Source: Blepharisma stoltei ATCC 30299 (taxonomy: Eukaryota > Protista > Ciliophora). From it: DNA of 64,000 bases. Under the pieces are notes generated by a model. It searched no databases and had not been told where the DNA came from. It was given only the letters and a program-made list of their open reading frames with translations. Positions 37,508-49,678 of the stretch are shown here, piece after piece. Within the stretch, counting starts at the first letter, position 1. Each line of letters opens with the position of its first letter. A program made the translations under genes and the position numbers. The stretch lies in the NCBI GenBank assembly GCA_965603825.1, contig CBFDEM010000021.1:682001-746000 (forward strand), written 5' to 3'.

Positions 37508-38267
37508 ACTTCTTGTTAGAGTTGTAATAATTTTATTAGGATTGGCGAGGATTAACTTATAAATTAGACCTTTTTATAAATTTTTGTATTGATTAAACTT
37601 AACCATTCTGTAGGAAAATATAGAAAAAGATTTCTTTATTTATGTTTAGATAGCGTTATTATATTTTTGAATTAAAAAAAATAGGTATCTACCTCCATTT
37701 TCTTTATATCTTTCTGATGCACGTCTAATTTAATTCATCCAGAAATTATTTTGTGTAGAATTCTTTATTTAAGTATTCTTAATATTGTGGTTTCTTTCAA
37801 ACTGTAATTTGAAAATGATAACTATCAGAAATTTAAAACAAATCTTCCATATTATAAGAAACTTAAGTCAAAATTATATGATGCTCAGCAAATTATAATG
37901 TTTGAAGCTTTTATTTTATCTCTTTTACTGTGATATTGTATTTTGCTTATCTGGAATTAAAAATCGTAAATTCCAACCAGATCTTTAATATAAGCAGCAT
38001 TAATAAGCGCCAGAGAAATTGGAGAGTTGATAGTTTGTGTTATTTCAGCTTTATTTAATATGCTATTTTAATAGAATTGATATGTTTATAGGAACATACC
38101 ATGACGATGCCTTCTCTTAAATAAAGAATTAATATGGGTTCTCTAAAAAGCGGAAAAATTCAGCAAATAATAGTTTTAAGCACAGATTATCATTTGAGGG
38201 CATTAATAAAAATTAATAAAGGTAAGAATGACACAAAGTATATAATAATTTAATTCGCTCAAACTTA

Positions 38268-39068
38268 ATGGAATTCATAAATCAAGATTATCTTCAATCT
38301 CTTTTAGAAATGGGATTTTCAAGAGCTATAGCTGAAAAATCTCTATATTTTACACAAAGCTCCTCTCTAGAAAATTCAATAGATTGAATCCACGAGCATC
38401 AGAATGACCAAGATATTGAAGAAGAATTACAAATTCCGTCTATAAATGATAATTCACCAAAAATGACGAAACAAGAAGCAATTATGAAGGCACGCGAAAT
38501 CAAATCCAAATTCATAAGCCAGCCTAAAAGTACCCAATTTATCCAAGTTAAAAGAGAGCCAAACAGTCAAAGAGCTCAAAAGTTAAATGCAACTGAGCAG
38601 GAGCAAAAAAGAGTTCTTGAAGAAAGAATAAAAAAATTAAAAGGAGGGCAGAGCCAAGCTAACCCTACTGCTGAATCTACAACACTAATTATCGATGCCC
38701 AAACAATTCCTTCAGATTCTCCTCCAATGATAGAAAAATCTCCCAAAGATCGAATGTATTTAGCGTTGAAAACAATTGTAACTCTTTATCCAAGCCACCG
38801 CCATACGGGAATTGCAATTTCTACAATTAATACATTGAAAACATATTTATCAAATATTATGAGTAATCCTCTTGATAATAAATTTCATAGGATCAGAATT
38901 CAGAATAAATCATTTCAAGAGAAAATTATAAAGGTTCAAGGCGCTTTAAACTTCTTAAAAGCTGTAGGATTTGTCGAAGAAGATGATTATTATGTCCTCA
39001 AAAATATCGGAGTTTATATATTAGCAGAAGGAATTAAAATGCTTAATGAAGCAACTGAAATTTTATAA
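38268..39068 (+). CDS. UBA plus PUB domain protein (p97/Cdc48 cofactor-like)
   Basis: LLEMGFS..AEKSLYFT..SID(W)IHEH (UBA); YLSNIMSNPLDNKFHRIRIQNKSF..GALNFLKAVGF (PUB). Confidence 0.88.
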
Positions 39069-39422
39069 TTAAATCTTAATTCCTTCTTCTTAAAGAAACT
39101 TCCATTTTTCTTGATTTTAGTAAAATAGCTCATTTCTTGCGTAAAGACTTTAAGTAATTGTATTTTTCACAAATGAAAGCACCTTTAAATACAAATTTAA
39201 ATTTAATTACTGATTTTCTCAATTTCTATAACAAATCTTATAAAAAATTTTCTTTATTCATTTCAAGGCAATAGCATTCAAAGGAATTGCCAGTATAGCC
39301 CCTTTCCTTTGAAAGCACAACCCTTTTCGCAGAATTTAAATAACTCTACTCAAATCTTCAGTTTTCACCTTCCATATTTTTCTGACAAAAATATCAAATG
39401 TTTCTGATAACTCCATTATAAT

Positions 39423-40172
39423 ATGTTACATCAATCTCTTAAAACAGTGAAAAATTTGACTAGCAATGCTGAACTCTTTGCAAGTATATCTCGAAGATTC
39501 CTCGATATGTTTGTTACATTTCCAGTCCCACTTTACCTTCGAGTAGCGTTTCACGATGCAGGGACTTTTGATGTAGTTACAAAGAAAGGTGGCCCAAATG
39601 CAAGTGTGTTGAATTCCATAGAGATGAATAGGACTGAGAACAGTGGATTCTTAAACATTAAAGATACTTATTTGAATATTAAAACTGAAAACCCAGCAGC
39701 ATCGATGGCAGACATCATTCAAATAGGAGGCTATGTCGCTGTGAGTCATTGTGGAGGTCCAGTAATGCCATTTAGATTTGGAAGAGTTGACTGCAGCGGG
39801 TCAGAAAGTGACACAGATGGGCAAATACCCTTCCCATCTACCAAAAACATTAGAGCAATCTTCCGTAATATGGGATTTTCTGATGTTGAGCTTGTAGCTT
39901 TAAGCGGAGCTCATACTTTGGGAGGCATAAGATTCAACCCACCTGGGACATTTACACCATTTACAACGAATCCATTGGTATTTGATAATAGCTATTTCAA
40001 ACTATTGTTACAGACTAAAAATCCTCAGCTTGCAAGATTGATTTCTGACTCATTTTTAACCGTAGATCCAGACTTGTTGAATATTGTGCAGCAATTCGCA
40101 AATGACCAGAATCTTTTCTTTTCAGAATATACCAAAGCTCATGTTAAGCTTTCTGAGCTTGGATACCATTAA
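39423..40172 (+). CDS. Class I heme peroxidase (ascorbate-peroxidase-like)
   Basis: LRVAFHDAGT, GGPNAS, SMADIIQ, GRVD, VALSGAHTLG, FDNSYF, AHVKLSELG. Confidence 0.9.
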   Translation: MLHQSLKTVKNLTSNAELFASISRRFLDMFVTFPVPLYLRVAFHDAGTFDVVTKKGGPNASVLNSIEMNRTENSGFLNIKDTYLNIKTENPAASMADIIQIGGYVAVSHCGGPVMPFRFGRVDCSGSESDTDGQIPFPSTKNIRAIFRNMGFSDVELVALSGAHTLGGIRFNPPGTFTPFTTNPLVFDNSYFKLLLQTKNPQLARLISDSFLTVDPDLLNIVQQFANDQNLFFSEYTKAHVKLSELGYH

Positions 40173-40262
40173 GATCCATTAATATTAAATAATATATGGA
40201 TTCTCCTTAAAGGCTTTACTTTTAACTAATTACTGCATAAACTGCATAGAATTAAAAAATAA

Positions 40263-42188
40263 TTATGAATTATACAGTTTAAAATCTGATATAAAAGTCC
40301 ATCCTTCCAGATGGCTATTTTCTATTTCGATTTCACTTTCTTTTGGCTGGGTGATTTTTTTGACAATTACAGGCTTTTCTGGTGGTCTTGGGGGTTTTAG
40401 TTGTTTTTCCATGACAGCATTCCAATCAATTCCTTCAAAAAAGGGATGAGATTTAATCTCATCCGCATCAAATGAACTTCCTAACCTTTGTGTCGGGTCT
40501 CTTTTAAGCAGTTTTGATATTAAATCTTTGGCCTCGAAACTGATTTTGACAGGAAAAGATAGTTTCGCGTTTCTTATATTATTAAATAATTGGTCACGGC
40601 TGTGTGAAAAGAATGGAGGAATGCCGCATAGCATTTCGTAAAGCAAAACACCTAGTAAATACCAATCAACTGATTTTCCATGGCCAGCCCTATTCAGCAT
40701 CTCAGGAGCTAAATAGGCTACAGACCCACAAAATGAATTTGAAGTACAGTTATCATCAACTCCTTCTTTTGATAATCCGAAATCAGTCAGAAGTGCATGA
40801 CCATCTGCATTTAGAACAACATTTTCTGGTTTCAAGTCTCGATAAATAATATCGTGCCTATGGAGCTCTTCCAATGCTAATAAAATTTCGCAAATGTAAA
40901 TCTTTGCTTGATTTTCTGGAATAAATTTGTTTTTTGCTATATAAGATCCTAAATCCCCTCCGGAGCAGTATTCAAGTATCAAGAATAATTTGTTTGAAGA
41001 TTGAAATGCGTATCGCAGGCGTACAATGAATGGATGGTGCACATAGGTCATAATGTTTCTTTCAGTCATTGCATATCTGACTAGATTTTGACCCAAAATT
41101 TTGTTTTTACTGAGAACTTTCATAGCAAAAAGTTCATCAGAGTCAAATTTTCTTACAAGATAGACTTCACCAAAACTTCCTTTTCCTAAAATAGATATGA
41201 CTTCAAAATCTGAAGGGCCGACATTTGTGCTTTCAATCATTTCTTCTTCCACCGAGTCTTCATCAGAAAATGCAGGGACCTTTTGCACTTTTTGATTTCC
41301 TTTGATTTTAGAAAAATTTTGAACATTAGCTTGGCTCATCATGAGGTCAATCTGATCTTCTTCAAAAGTCTGAATTTTGAGTTTGTGCGTCTTTTGCTCT
41401 GTCAAAATATCTTTTTCTTGTTCAATTTCTGTCATCATTGAATATGCATCCTCTCCTTCTAAATTCTTAATGTATAAATCGGGCGATCTAAGTAGCATTC
41501 ATTCAATTAACTCTTGATTTTTGCTCTTTAAAGCATAGTGCATTGGGGAATTTCCAATCCCATCAATTGCATTAATATTTGCACCGGATCTCACAAATAA
41601 TTGGCTTATTAATAAAAACCCATATTTGCATGACAAATGAAGTGGAGTCATTTTTCAAGCATCTATCGAGTGAAGATCTTCGAAGTTACCGTAATCTAAT
41701 AAGACCTCGCAGACTTTTAAATGCCCAAGATGTGAAGCTCTGTGAAGAGGCGACATATGATATTTTTCAATAAAATAGTCACTTTTAATTTGATTTCCGA
41801 ATCTTTTTTTATCCAAAATAGTTTTGCATAATTCGTGCTGATTATTTTCTACAGCATCTCATAGGAATTGATTTATTTCTTCAATGAGCGAATTATTTTG
41901 TGGATTTACTGATTCGTGATCATTCAGGTAAGAAAATCTGTTATCGTTAACCCCTTTATCAGAACCCAAAGGAGATTTCGGATTACATTTAGAGTCATCT
42001 TGAGTATTTCGTGCATCTCAAACAGTGCCATTAGGAGAGTCTGATTTAAGCTTATCTAAATTTTTTTGTTGCAAGCTTTCTTCATGAGTTGAGTAACTTA
42101 AATTGCCTATATCCATCGATTGTTGAGCTTTATGACAAGATATTGCAGATAGAAATTGCTTAATCTTCAGAAAAAAATTTTGTTCCAT
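40263..42188 (-). CDS. Ankyrin-repeat AGC-family Ser/Thr kinase (~641 aa), paralogue of 13340-15376
   Basis: Open through TGA from ATG 42188; SPLHRAS, TPLHLSC, GNSPMHYA; kinase with SFCGSVAYLAPEML. Confidence 0.9.
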
Positions 42189-42683
42189 TTACAATTTATT
42201 TTATTAATTATATTTATAGCTCAAAAATTGAGAAAAGTAATAGCATATATTTAAATATAATCTGATCTAAAAGCACTATGCAAGAATTCGGAAAATAAAG
42301 TATCGCAAGTGTTTTGGATATTTCTTAATATAATTTTCTTTTTCAATAAATATCGAATTGATAATTAGCAAGAATACCTCATAGGACTAGCATTAATTTT
42401 TTATATATAAAAATACTATTTCATTCTTATTTAGCTTACTCTATTTACAATACACTATTATCATCCAAGTGAAATTATATAAATTACCAATATTTCAATC
42501 ATTTTTCTGATAAGAAAAGCTTCTTAAGACATTTTTATAAAGTCTTCAAAACCTATTGGAATATTTATAAACGAATAGTAAAAGATTTTAATCATTTCGA
42601 ATAAAATTATAAATACGTCTATTAGTACAAAATTCTCCATATAATACTCTTGATGATATAAAAAAACACTGAATTTATAAACA

Positions 42684-43457
42684 ATGGAGAAATGTAAGGA
42701 ATGTGGAGGAAAAGGGAAGCATCTAATGAAATGTCTCTCATGCAATCTCTTTTTTCATCCTAAATGCTGTCATTATGTTCGCTTTTACTGAAGAGGTGGA
42801 TTTTGTCTTGATCCCAAATGCCAAGAAGTTAAAGAAACAACCCAGCCATTCCCAGAAAAGCCTTCTAAGCCTAAAGTCGACTACAAAAGTGCCTCTGAGT
42901 CAAGCGTTGACCTCGAAGAGTTTGAAGCAGTGACCTGTCATCGTTGTGGAGAGCCAAAATCTCATTCATCAGTAAAAACCTGCCACAATCCCGAGTGTAA
43001 TAAATCATTTTGTAATTCATGCATAATCCGCCGCTATAAAATGCACTATCGAGACATCCCCAAAGACTGAAGATGTTTTGTGTGCCAAAAAATCTGCTCC
43101 TGCAGCGAATGCAGGAATTCATTTTCAGAAAAAAAGAGAAATGACCAGAGGGCCAACAGAAGGCAAATTGACGAATCTTGCCATGTCTGCAGGAAAAAAA
43201 GCAGACTATATCAAATGCAGAAATGCCTATGCTGCGAAAGAAGCTATTGCGCACAATGCATCCAAAAAGAAGACGTTAATTTAAGCAGATGTGATGTGTG
43301 CCTAGAAAAATGCAAATGCCACCAGTGTGCTGAGATGGCGTTCAAAGAAGACATTGAGAAATTAGTTCGAGGACCTGACCTTAGAGAGCTTTATCCATTC
43401 GATGTGGAAAATATTTACCAAGTGAATGGTTTCTGGGTCAGAGATATCCTAATGTAA
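42684..43457 (+). CDS. Multi-zinc-finger protein: PHD-like finger plus zf-4CXXC_R1-like domain(s) (~257 aa)
   Basis: CKEC..CLSC.FFHPKC; CHRC..CHNPEC..FCNSC..(W)RCFVCQKICSCSEC; SCHVC..CLCC..YCAQC..CDVCLEKCKCHQC. Confidence 0.78.
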
Positions 43458-43533
43458 GCATAACAGATATTGATTTTTTGTATAATAGAATTAGAGAGAT
43501 TAGGAAGCAATTTGTGTATCTAAGATAGTAATA

Positions 43534-44049
43534 TTAATGCATTCTTTCCATATGCTGGGAAAGCATATACTTATTATAAATCGATTTTCCGCAGAGAGGG
43601 CAACTGACTCGGGTTGTTTTATCGTGCACTTGATTTATGTGGAATTTTACTGCATATTTATGCTTAAAACTTTTTCCACATATATGGCAGGCAACTCCTT
43701 CATTGCTTTGAGAATGCCGCTTCCCTAGGTGCTGCCTGAGGCCTTTATTGCATTTAAATGTTTTATTACACAAATGGCACTGCAAGTCATCGTTATCAAA
43801 ACTTGCAGATGTCGAAGGGCTATTAGGATTCCATGATAAATCGTCAGAATTTAAGCCTAAATCCAAATCCAGGAAATTTATTGTATCTTGGTCGAGCTCA
43901 AAATCCGCTATGAAATTATTTCGGATTTCAAATATTGAACAAAAGTTCGTTAGAGAATCTCTCCGCTCTTTTAAGAGGGGTAAATGGCTGTGATATAGTA
44001 AAAAGTAGCTGCTACATTGAGCGATAACATCTTCTTGAATGCTCTTCAT
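43534..44049 (-). CDS. C2H2 zinc-finger protein (3 fingers)
   Basis: CHLCNKTF..LRQHLGKRH, CHICGKSF..FHINQVH, CPLCGK..QHMERMH. Confidence 0.88.
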   Translation of the reverse strand: MKSIQEDVIAQCSSYFLLYHSHLPLLKERRDSLTNFCSIFEIRNNFIADFELDQDTINFLDLDLGLNSDDLSWNPNSPSTSASFDNDDLQCHLCNKTFKCNKGLRQHLGKRHSQSNEGVACHICGKSFKHKYAVKFHINQVHDKTTRVSCPLCGKSIYNKYMLSQHMERMH

Positions 44050-44702
44050 GTCAGATAATTACTAGTTTATGGTGATTTATTAAGGCAGATTGTATAAAAT
44101 GGCACTGAACAATAGCTTACCATATATATAATAGTAAAATTCTTTTAGAGTGGTCAGAATATTATATTAGGCATTAAAGAGGAAGACAAAAATTATCACA
44201 ATGAGTGCTAAAAATCATTATTAATTGTGACAAATTTGTATGAGATTAATATAAATTATAAAAGTTGAAAATCCCACAGAATTTGGTTTTTGCAGTTACT
44301 CACGATTATTTAAGTAAAGGTTTTGAAGAGTATGATATTATGATGATATTTAAGATTCTTGTGATTTAAAAAAGATAAATTTTATTAGAATTTATAATCT
44401 CTTAATAAATTTTTACTATAACTGTTTACGAAAATTTCCATTAATCTTCTAATAATTGTTATAACTCAAAAACTCAAAAATTTCGTTCTATTAACCTGCA
44501 TTAGTCAACTAAGATTATTTCTCTTCTTATCAAAAAATATACAGATTATATTTATACTTTTTTAATTGGCACTCACATCAAGGCAAGACATTATGATGCC
44601 TAGCTGCTCCTTAATAAGGATAACATTATTCATTTTTCTCTAGGCTTTTTATTAATTTCAAAAATTTCTAATTTGAAGGTGTAACTTCTTTATATAATTT
44701 AT

Positions 44703-47624
44703 ATGTGACTTCATCTTTTCTCAGTGAACACGGGCGGGGTTCGAGTCCCATCATTGAAAAACCATATGATTCAAAACAATGATTTCCTGAAAACTTACTT
44801 CTCTGAGTCTTATCTCCCCCCTCATCAACGTATAAAATGATATTATCGAATACTACGCTTTCTCATTGTATATCCAGCCATGATGCTGATGGTTATCTCA
44901 GTGCTTGACAATAGATCAAATGACGAAGCCTACACTGACTGTTTATATAGAGATCAGTGCTCTTCCTATTGCCAAGCAGATGTTTTTCCTGATACAACTT
45001 GCAAAAACATGCCTAATGTTAGTCTAAAATACAATGGCAATACTTACAAAAAATTATATAAATATCCAGCTATAAATACAGACGAATACAGGCACTGCAA
45101 AGACCGCCTTGACAACAATCCAGACTATCCATGGTCTGACAGTGATCACAGACAATGAAGAGTCCATACTTGTTTCAGATCATGCAGATATCCAGGAGAA
45201 GTTGATGATAATTTCGACGAGGACACCAGAGAGGAGTGCGCAAAATCAACTGACAGTTTTGGTCATGATTATTATGAATTTGATTTGTGGTGCGTCGATC
45301 CTGATGACTCATGCGAAAAACCTGAATGGTGGGATGAAACCTGTTCTGGCGGGGATTTATGCTTAAGCTTCGCTGTGATATGATTCGGCATTTTGATCGC
45401 CAATTTTGGGCAAGTTCTTATTGAATGTTCTCTTTACTATACATTGAATATTACCTATAAGCCGACAGAAATTGAAAGAAAAATGAATCCAGTAAAAAAT
45501 GAACAAAGGTTCACTTTAGAAGAAGAGCCTCCTTGTGATAAAGTCCTTAAAAAATGCTTCAGTGAGCTTATTATTGCATTTTCTTCAATCGTCGTGGTGC
45601 TTGCTCTAATTGTGTCAATGATAGCTGAGTATCAATATGGAAGGCCAGCAACTGTATGGGTGGAATGGGTAATTGCTATGGCGATCGATCAGGCCAAATC
45701 TTTGCTTATCCAGCCTTTCTTGTGGTGGTTTATAGTAAGACGATGTGGAAGAATCCCGCCTTCTTTTGGTGTTTGGAAGGATGAGCAAGTTATGCCAGGT
45801 ATCACTGATGAAAGCTACTTAAACGAATTACGAGGGATTGTTGCGAGGTTTCTAGAAACAAAACCAGCTGCTTTTTTTATGATTGGCATTGTATTTTTTT
45901 ATGCTATTTTCATATTATGCAGCCTTTCACTCGACACTTATTATTCTGGCAACCAAGGTGCCCAAGATTTCTTTGACTATGTCGACAAGATTTTGATTAC
46001 TTATTTCATGGCAGAAATTGTAGTCAGGTATGTTGGCTCCGGAATCATCTATTTTCTTAACCTTTGAAATTTCATTGATTTTGCTGTGGTTCTTGTATCA
46101 TTTGTGTTTATGTGGATGGGACAATCAATCACTGGAATTGCTGTCTTGAGGCTTCTAAGACTTATCAGAGTTATTATTGTGATGCGAAGAGTAAGCGAAA
46201 GCAAGAAAAGACTGCTGAAATTGAGAAACCAAAACCAGAGTGTCAGCTCCAATGTCGCGAGAGCTATGGATTTACTTGAAGAAATTATTAATGAAAAATC
46301 ATTGACAAGAGCTACTAAGCAAGATGTGGCTTGGGTACTTGAGCATGTGAAATCGAGAAAATTATATACGAGCTCAATCAATCAAAATCAAGTTGATGAG
46401 TCATCAGCAGAAGTTAAAGCTTGGAAAAACTTTATTATAAATGATTATGAAGATTTCCAAGGATCACACATAGTGCAAGGCCAAAAAAATCTTGGGGACA
46501 AAATATTAAAAAGATCTCGACAAAGCTCAGTCGACGCAAAAATGTTTGAAACCCAAAAATATGTAGAAAAGGTCAACGGGGTATTCACGAGTCCATCTAT
46601 GGATAGGGAGCCTTTGGAGCCTGAAAAGCTAACTGAAATTGATGAGACTTTGGAAAAGATAAATGATTGGAATTGGGATTTAATGAAATTTGCGTCTGTG
46701 ACTGGAGAACTTTGTTTCCCCATCCTTTGTCTAAAGCTTTTCTTGAAGTATGATGTATATAAATCCTTTGATGACATTAACCATGACAAATGGCTAAATT
46801 ATTTATCAGCTTTGTACATGGGCTATACTTTCCAAAACCCTTACCATAGGCCTGAACACATTTTGGATACTGTGCATGCTACTCATTATTTTTATAAAAC
46901 CGCTGGATTTGAAACTTTATTAACCACTCAAGATATCGTCATTGGCTTTGTTGCAGCTTTTATCCATGACTATGAGCATCCTGGGCTCACTAATCAATTT
47001 TTAATTAGGACGAAGCACCCAAAGGCAATTAGATATTCTGATATGTCTCCTTTAGAGGAGCATCACGTAGCAGCAGCCTTTAAACTTATGCACAGCGATA
47101 ACGAGTTTGACATTTTCGACTTTGTTGTCGACGAGGCTAGTAAGAGACTTATCAGAAAAATGATCATTTACATGGTAATCCATACTGATTTAACTTATCA
47201 TTTTGAAATGGTCAATGGAATTCAGGCCAAAATTTTAAGTGATCAATTTCCTAAAGACACTGTTGAAGACAGGCTAGATATCATGACGTTTGCACTTCAC
47301 TGCGCAGATATTTGTAAGCCTGCAAGATCATGGTTTATTTATAGAATGTGGATTGATAATATGATGGAGGAATTTTTCTTGCAAGGAAAGATGGAAAAAG
47401 AATTGGGAATCCCTGTCAGTGCTTTTATGGATGAAGAAAGCACGAATAAAGAAAGAGTACAGTTGACGTATATTGATTATATTGTTAAAGAAAGTCTAGA
47501 CATCTTAAACATTATTAGTCCGTCCCCAGATTATGAAAATGTAATTCAAAGGGATTTAATTGAAAGCTTGAATCTAAACAGAAGAAACTTGCAGAAAAAG
47601 ATTGATGGAGAGGTTAAATTCTAG
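44703..47624 (+). CDS. Multi-pass membrane protein: Cys-rich loop, S1-S4 voltage-sensor domain, class I cyclic-nucleotide phosphodiesterase (~973 aa)
   Basis: One frame with five TGA=Trp; start at 44703 or 44766. S2 F..E...R, S3 (W)NFID, S4 LRLLRLIRV; PDE motifs NPYHRPEH, HDYEHPGLTN, LEEHH, HCADI, EEFFLQG. Confidence 0.88.
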
Positions 47625-47794
47625 CTATTAATTTAGAATAATTTGAGAATTTTAAAAATAAATTTACGATAAGAAATTAAGATGCATTGGAAAAAATTTT
47701 ATTAAATTTTCTAATTCATAAGAAAACATTCTAAAGTGATGACAATTTATATACATTTTAGAACAAATAATAGATTTGCTATATTAATAGTTAT

Positions 47795-48514
47795 CTATAT
47801 TGACTCAAATCCGCCAGAAAATCTATATTCTTTCTCTTCATAAATTTCTAATTTTCTTTGTGGATTTATGTAGACTGAAATCTTTCTAAGGACATAAGTA
47901 ACTCCAACTAAAATGATAGGCATAGCAAACATCAAAATCGCTCCTAGAGTTGGTCCAGCAAGTCCGCACAGCTTCGGACGATGCTTATGGTCTCTCTCTT
48001 TATGGCAGTCATCATTAAAATTTGTTCTGGTCAAAATCATCCAGGCAATGAATCCGACATCATAGCACATCCAAGCCAAATGAAGATAACAAAATCTCTT
48101 CATCGATTGGAAATTTCCAATTTTAATGTCACGAAAATTGTAAATAATCCATAGCAGAAGTGACATCATTGATAAAATTGAAAAAACAACATAGACTGCT
48201 TCTCCGATCCAAAGGAGCAGGAACATATAGCACCATGTATTTTCTTGAGTAGGAATGTCTTGGGTTCTATCTGTGGTGGCGCAGTAAGCTTCAGTTAAAT
48301 CGCCATAAGTAGCTCCTTCTAGATTTCCAAGACCTTCAATTACATGTGATATTGAGCCTGTTCATTGCATATCTTCATAGCGGGTGTATTTTAGTGTCAC
48401 TCATTGTGGAGAAAATAGTGCCCAAAACATTAGGGCAAAAATCAGGAATAATAAGAAGATAAATATTCCTGGAATCACCTTATACCATGCAGGGATAAAT
48501 ATAGGTTTTTCCAT
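47795..48514 (-). CDS. Four-TM membrane protein, claudin/amastin-like topology (~239 aa)
   Basis: ATG at 48514; TM1 followed by P-Q-(W), (W)TG and two Cys in loop 1; three further TMs; TAG stop. Confidence 0.7.
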
Positions 48515-48754
48515 GATTTTTATTATTACTCAAGTTTATTTTATTTTAATCTGTTTTATGCCAGAATTTCGATAAATAAAATCATCACTGACAAAATTTC
48601 ATAATTAGTTACTGAAAATCTAATAAGTTTAGGTGCTACAGAAATTCTAAAATTGTATAAATATCATTGAGTAAATCGATTAAGTGCAAGATTAGGCCTT
48701 CTAATTAGGCAAAATATTCTCTTATATTATTTATTGAAATGCTTAATTGGTAAT

Positions 48755-49678
48755 ATGCTAAACTCAAATAGAAAATCTGATATCACTCGAAATCGAAGGC
48801 TCCTCCGCAGTAAAGTTCATGTATTATTAAAGCATCCAGAAAAAAGAACTGACTACTACAATATTTTGAAAGAGAACTTAAAGCCTTCAGAGCTAGAAGA
48901 CGTGCTAGAAGATTTAATGTATTTCATTCAATCAGACGAAGTTAAAAAGCACATCCTAAAACACAGTAAAACTGTGGAGCAGCTAATTGATGAAGAAACA
49001 GTTATAAATAAATCAACCGGATCTTTAAATTACACTAAGCCAGAGCCTTTTAACCTCAATGCTTCTCCAAGGAGAAAATCAACCGAAAGTGCGTTTCTTA
49101 GACCAATAAAGCTAAAGCGATACACCCGAGTCAGAGTATTGGAAAACTTAGAAAGGATAAGCGCTGAGCAAGAGCAGAAAAGGCAAGACGTGATGAACAT
49201 TATAAAGCAAAAATTTTTAGCAATAGAAAATACCACTGTGAATCCAATTCTCCCCAAAGCAAGAAAAGTTGTGAAGGCAAAAAAGCCTGATTATATATGA
49301 AGAGACTTTCAAGAAGCTTATATACAGCTTGAGCCTCAGTACAGGATGATTAAAAAAGAAAGGTACATTAATGATATAAAAGAAAGAGCATCAAGTTTTT
49401 CGAAAAAAACTGCAATGAAAAATGAGGAAGACATTGAATTAAGGGATCTAAATGACATGATCAAACATAGAGAAAGACAAAACAGGTCAATGATAAAAAG
49501 ATCAGATACTATGAAAGAGATTAATCAAAGTATGCAAGAGCAAGCGAAAATTAGAAGAGACCTGATGGATAAAATTAATGAGAGAGTTGGGAAGCAAAAG
49601 CTACTCAGATATGCGGAGAAAGTGTTTCAGCATGAATTAGAGAAATTGAGCAAAGTGAGTAAATCTTTATTAGCTTAA
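48755..49678 (+). CDS. Hypothetical coiled-coil protein
   Basis: Two same-frame ORFs joined by TGA at 49298-49300. Confidence 0.7.

Noticed and set aside
44731-44752. GGGGTTCGAGTCCC, resembling a tRNA T-arm/B-box
   Set aside because: No acceptor, D or anticodon stems can be folded around it, and it lies in the open frame of the VSD-PDE gene (GGVRVP).
49659-49673. 15-nt GT..AG (gtaaatctttattag) near a gene end
   Set aside because: Lacks the A at -6 seen in all supported introns and is not needed to keep the frame; cannot be excluded without RNA-seq.
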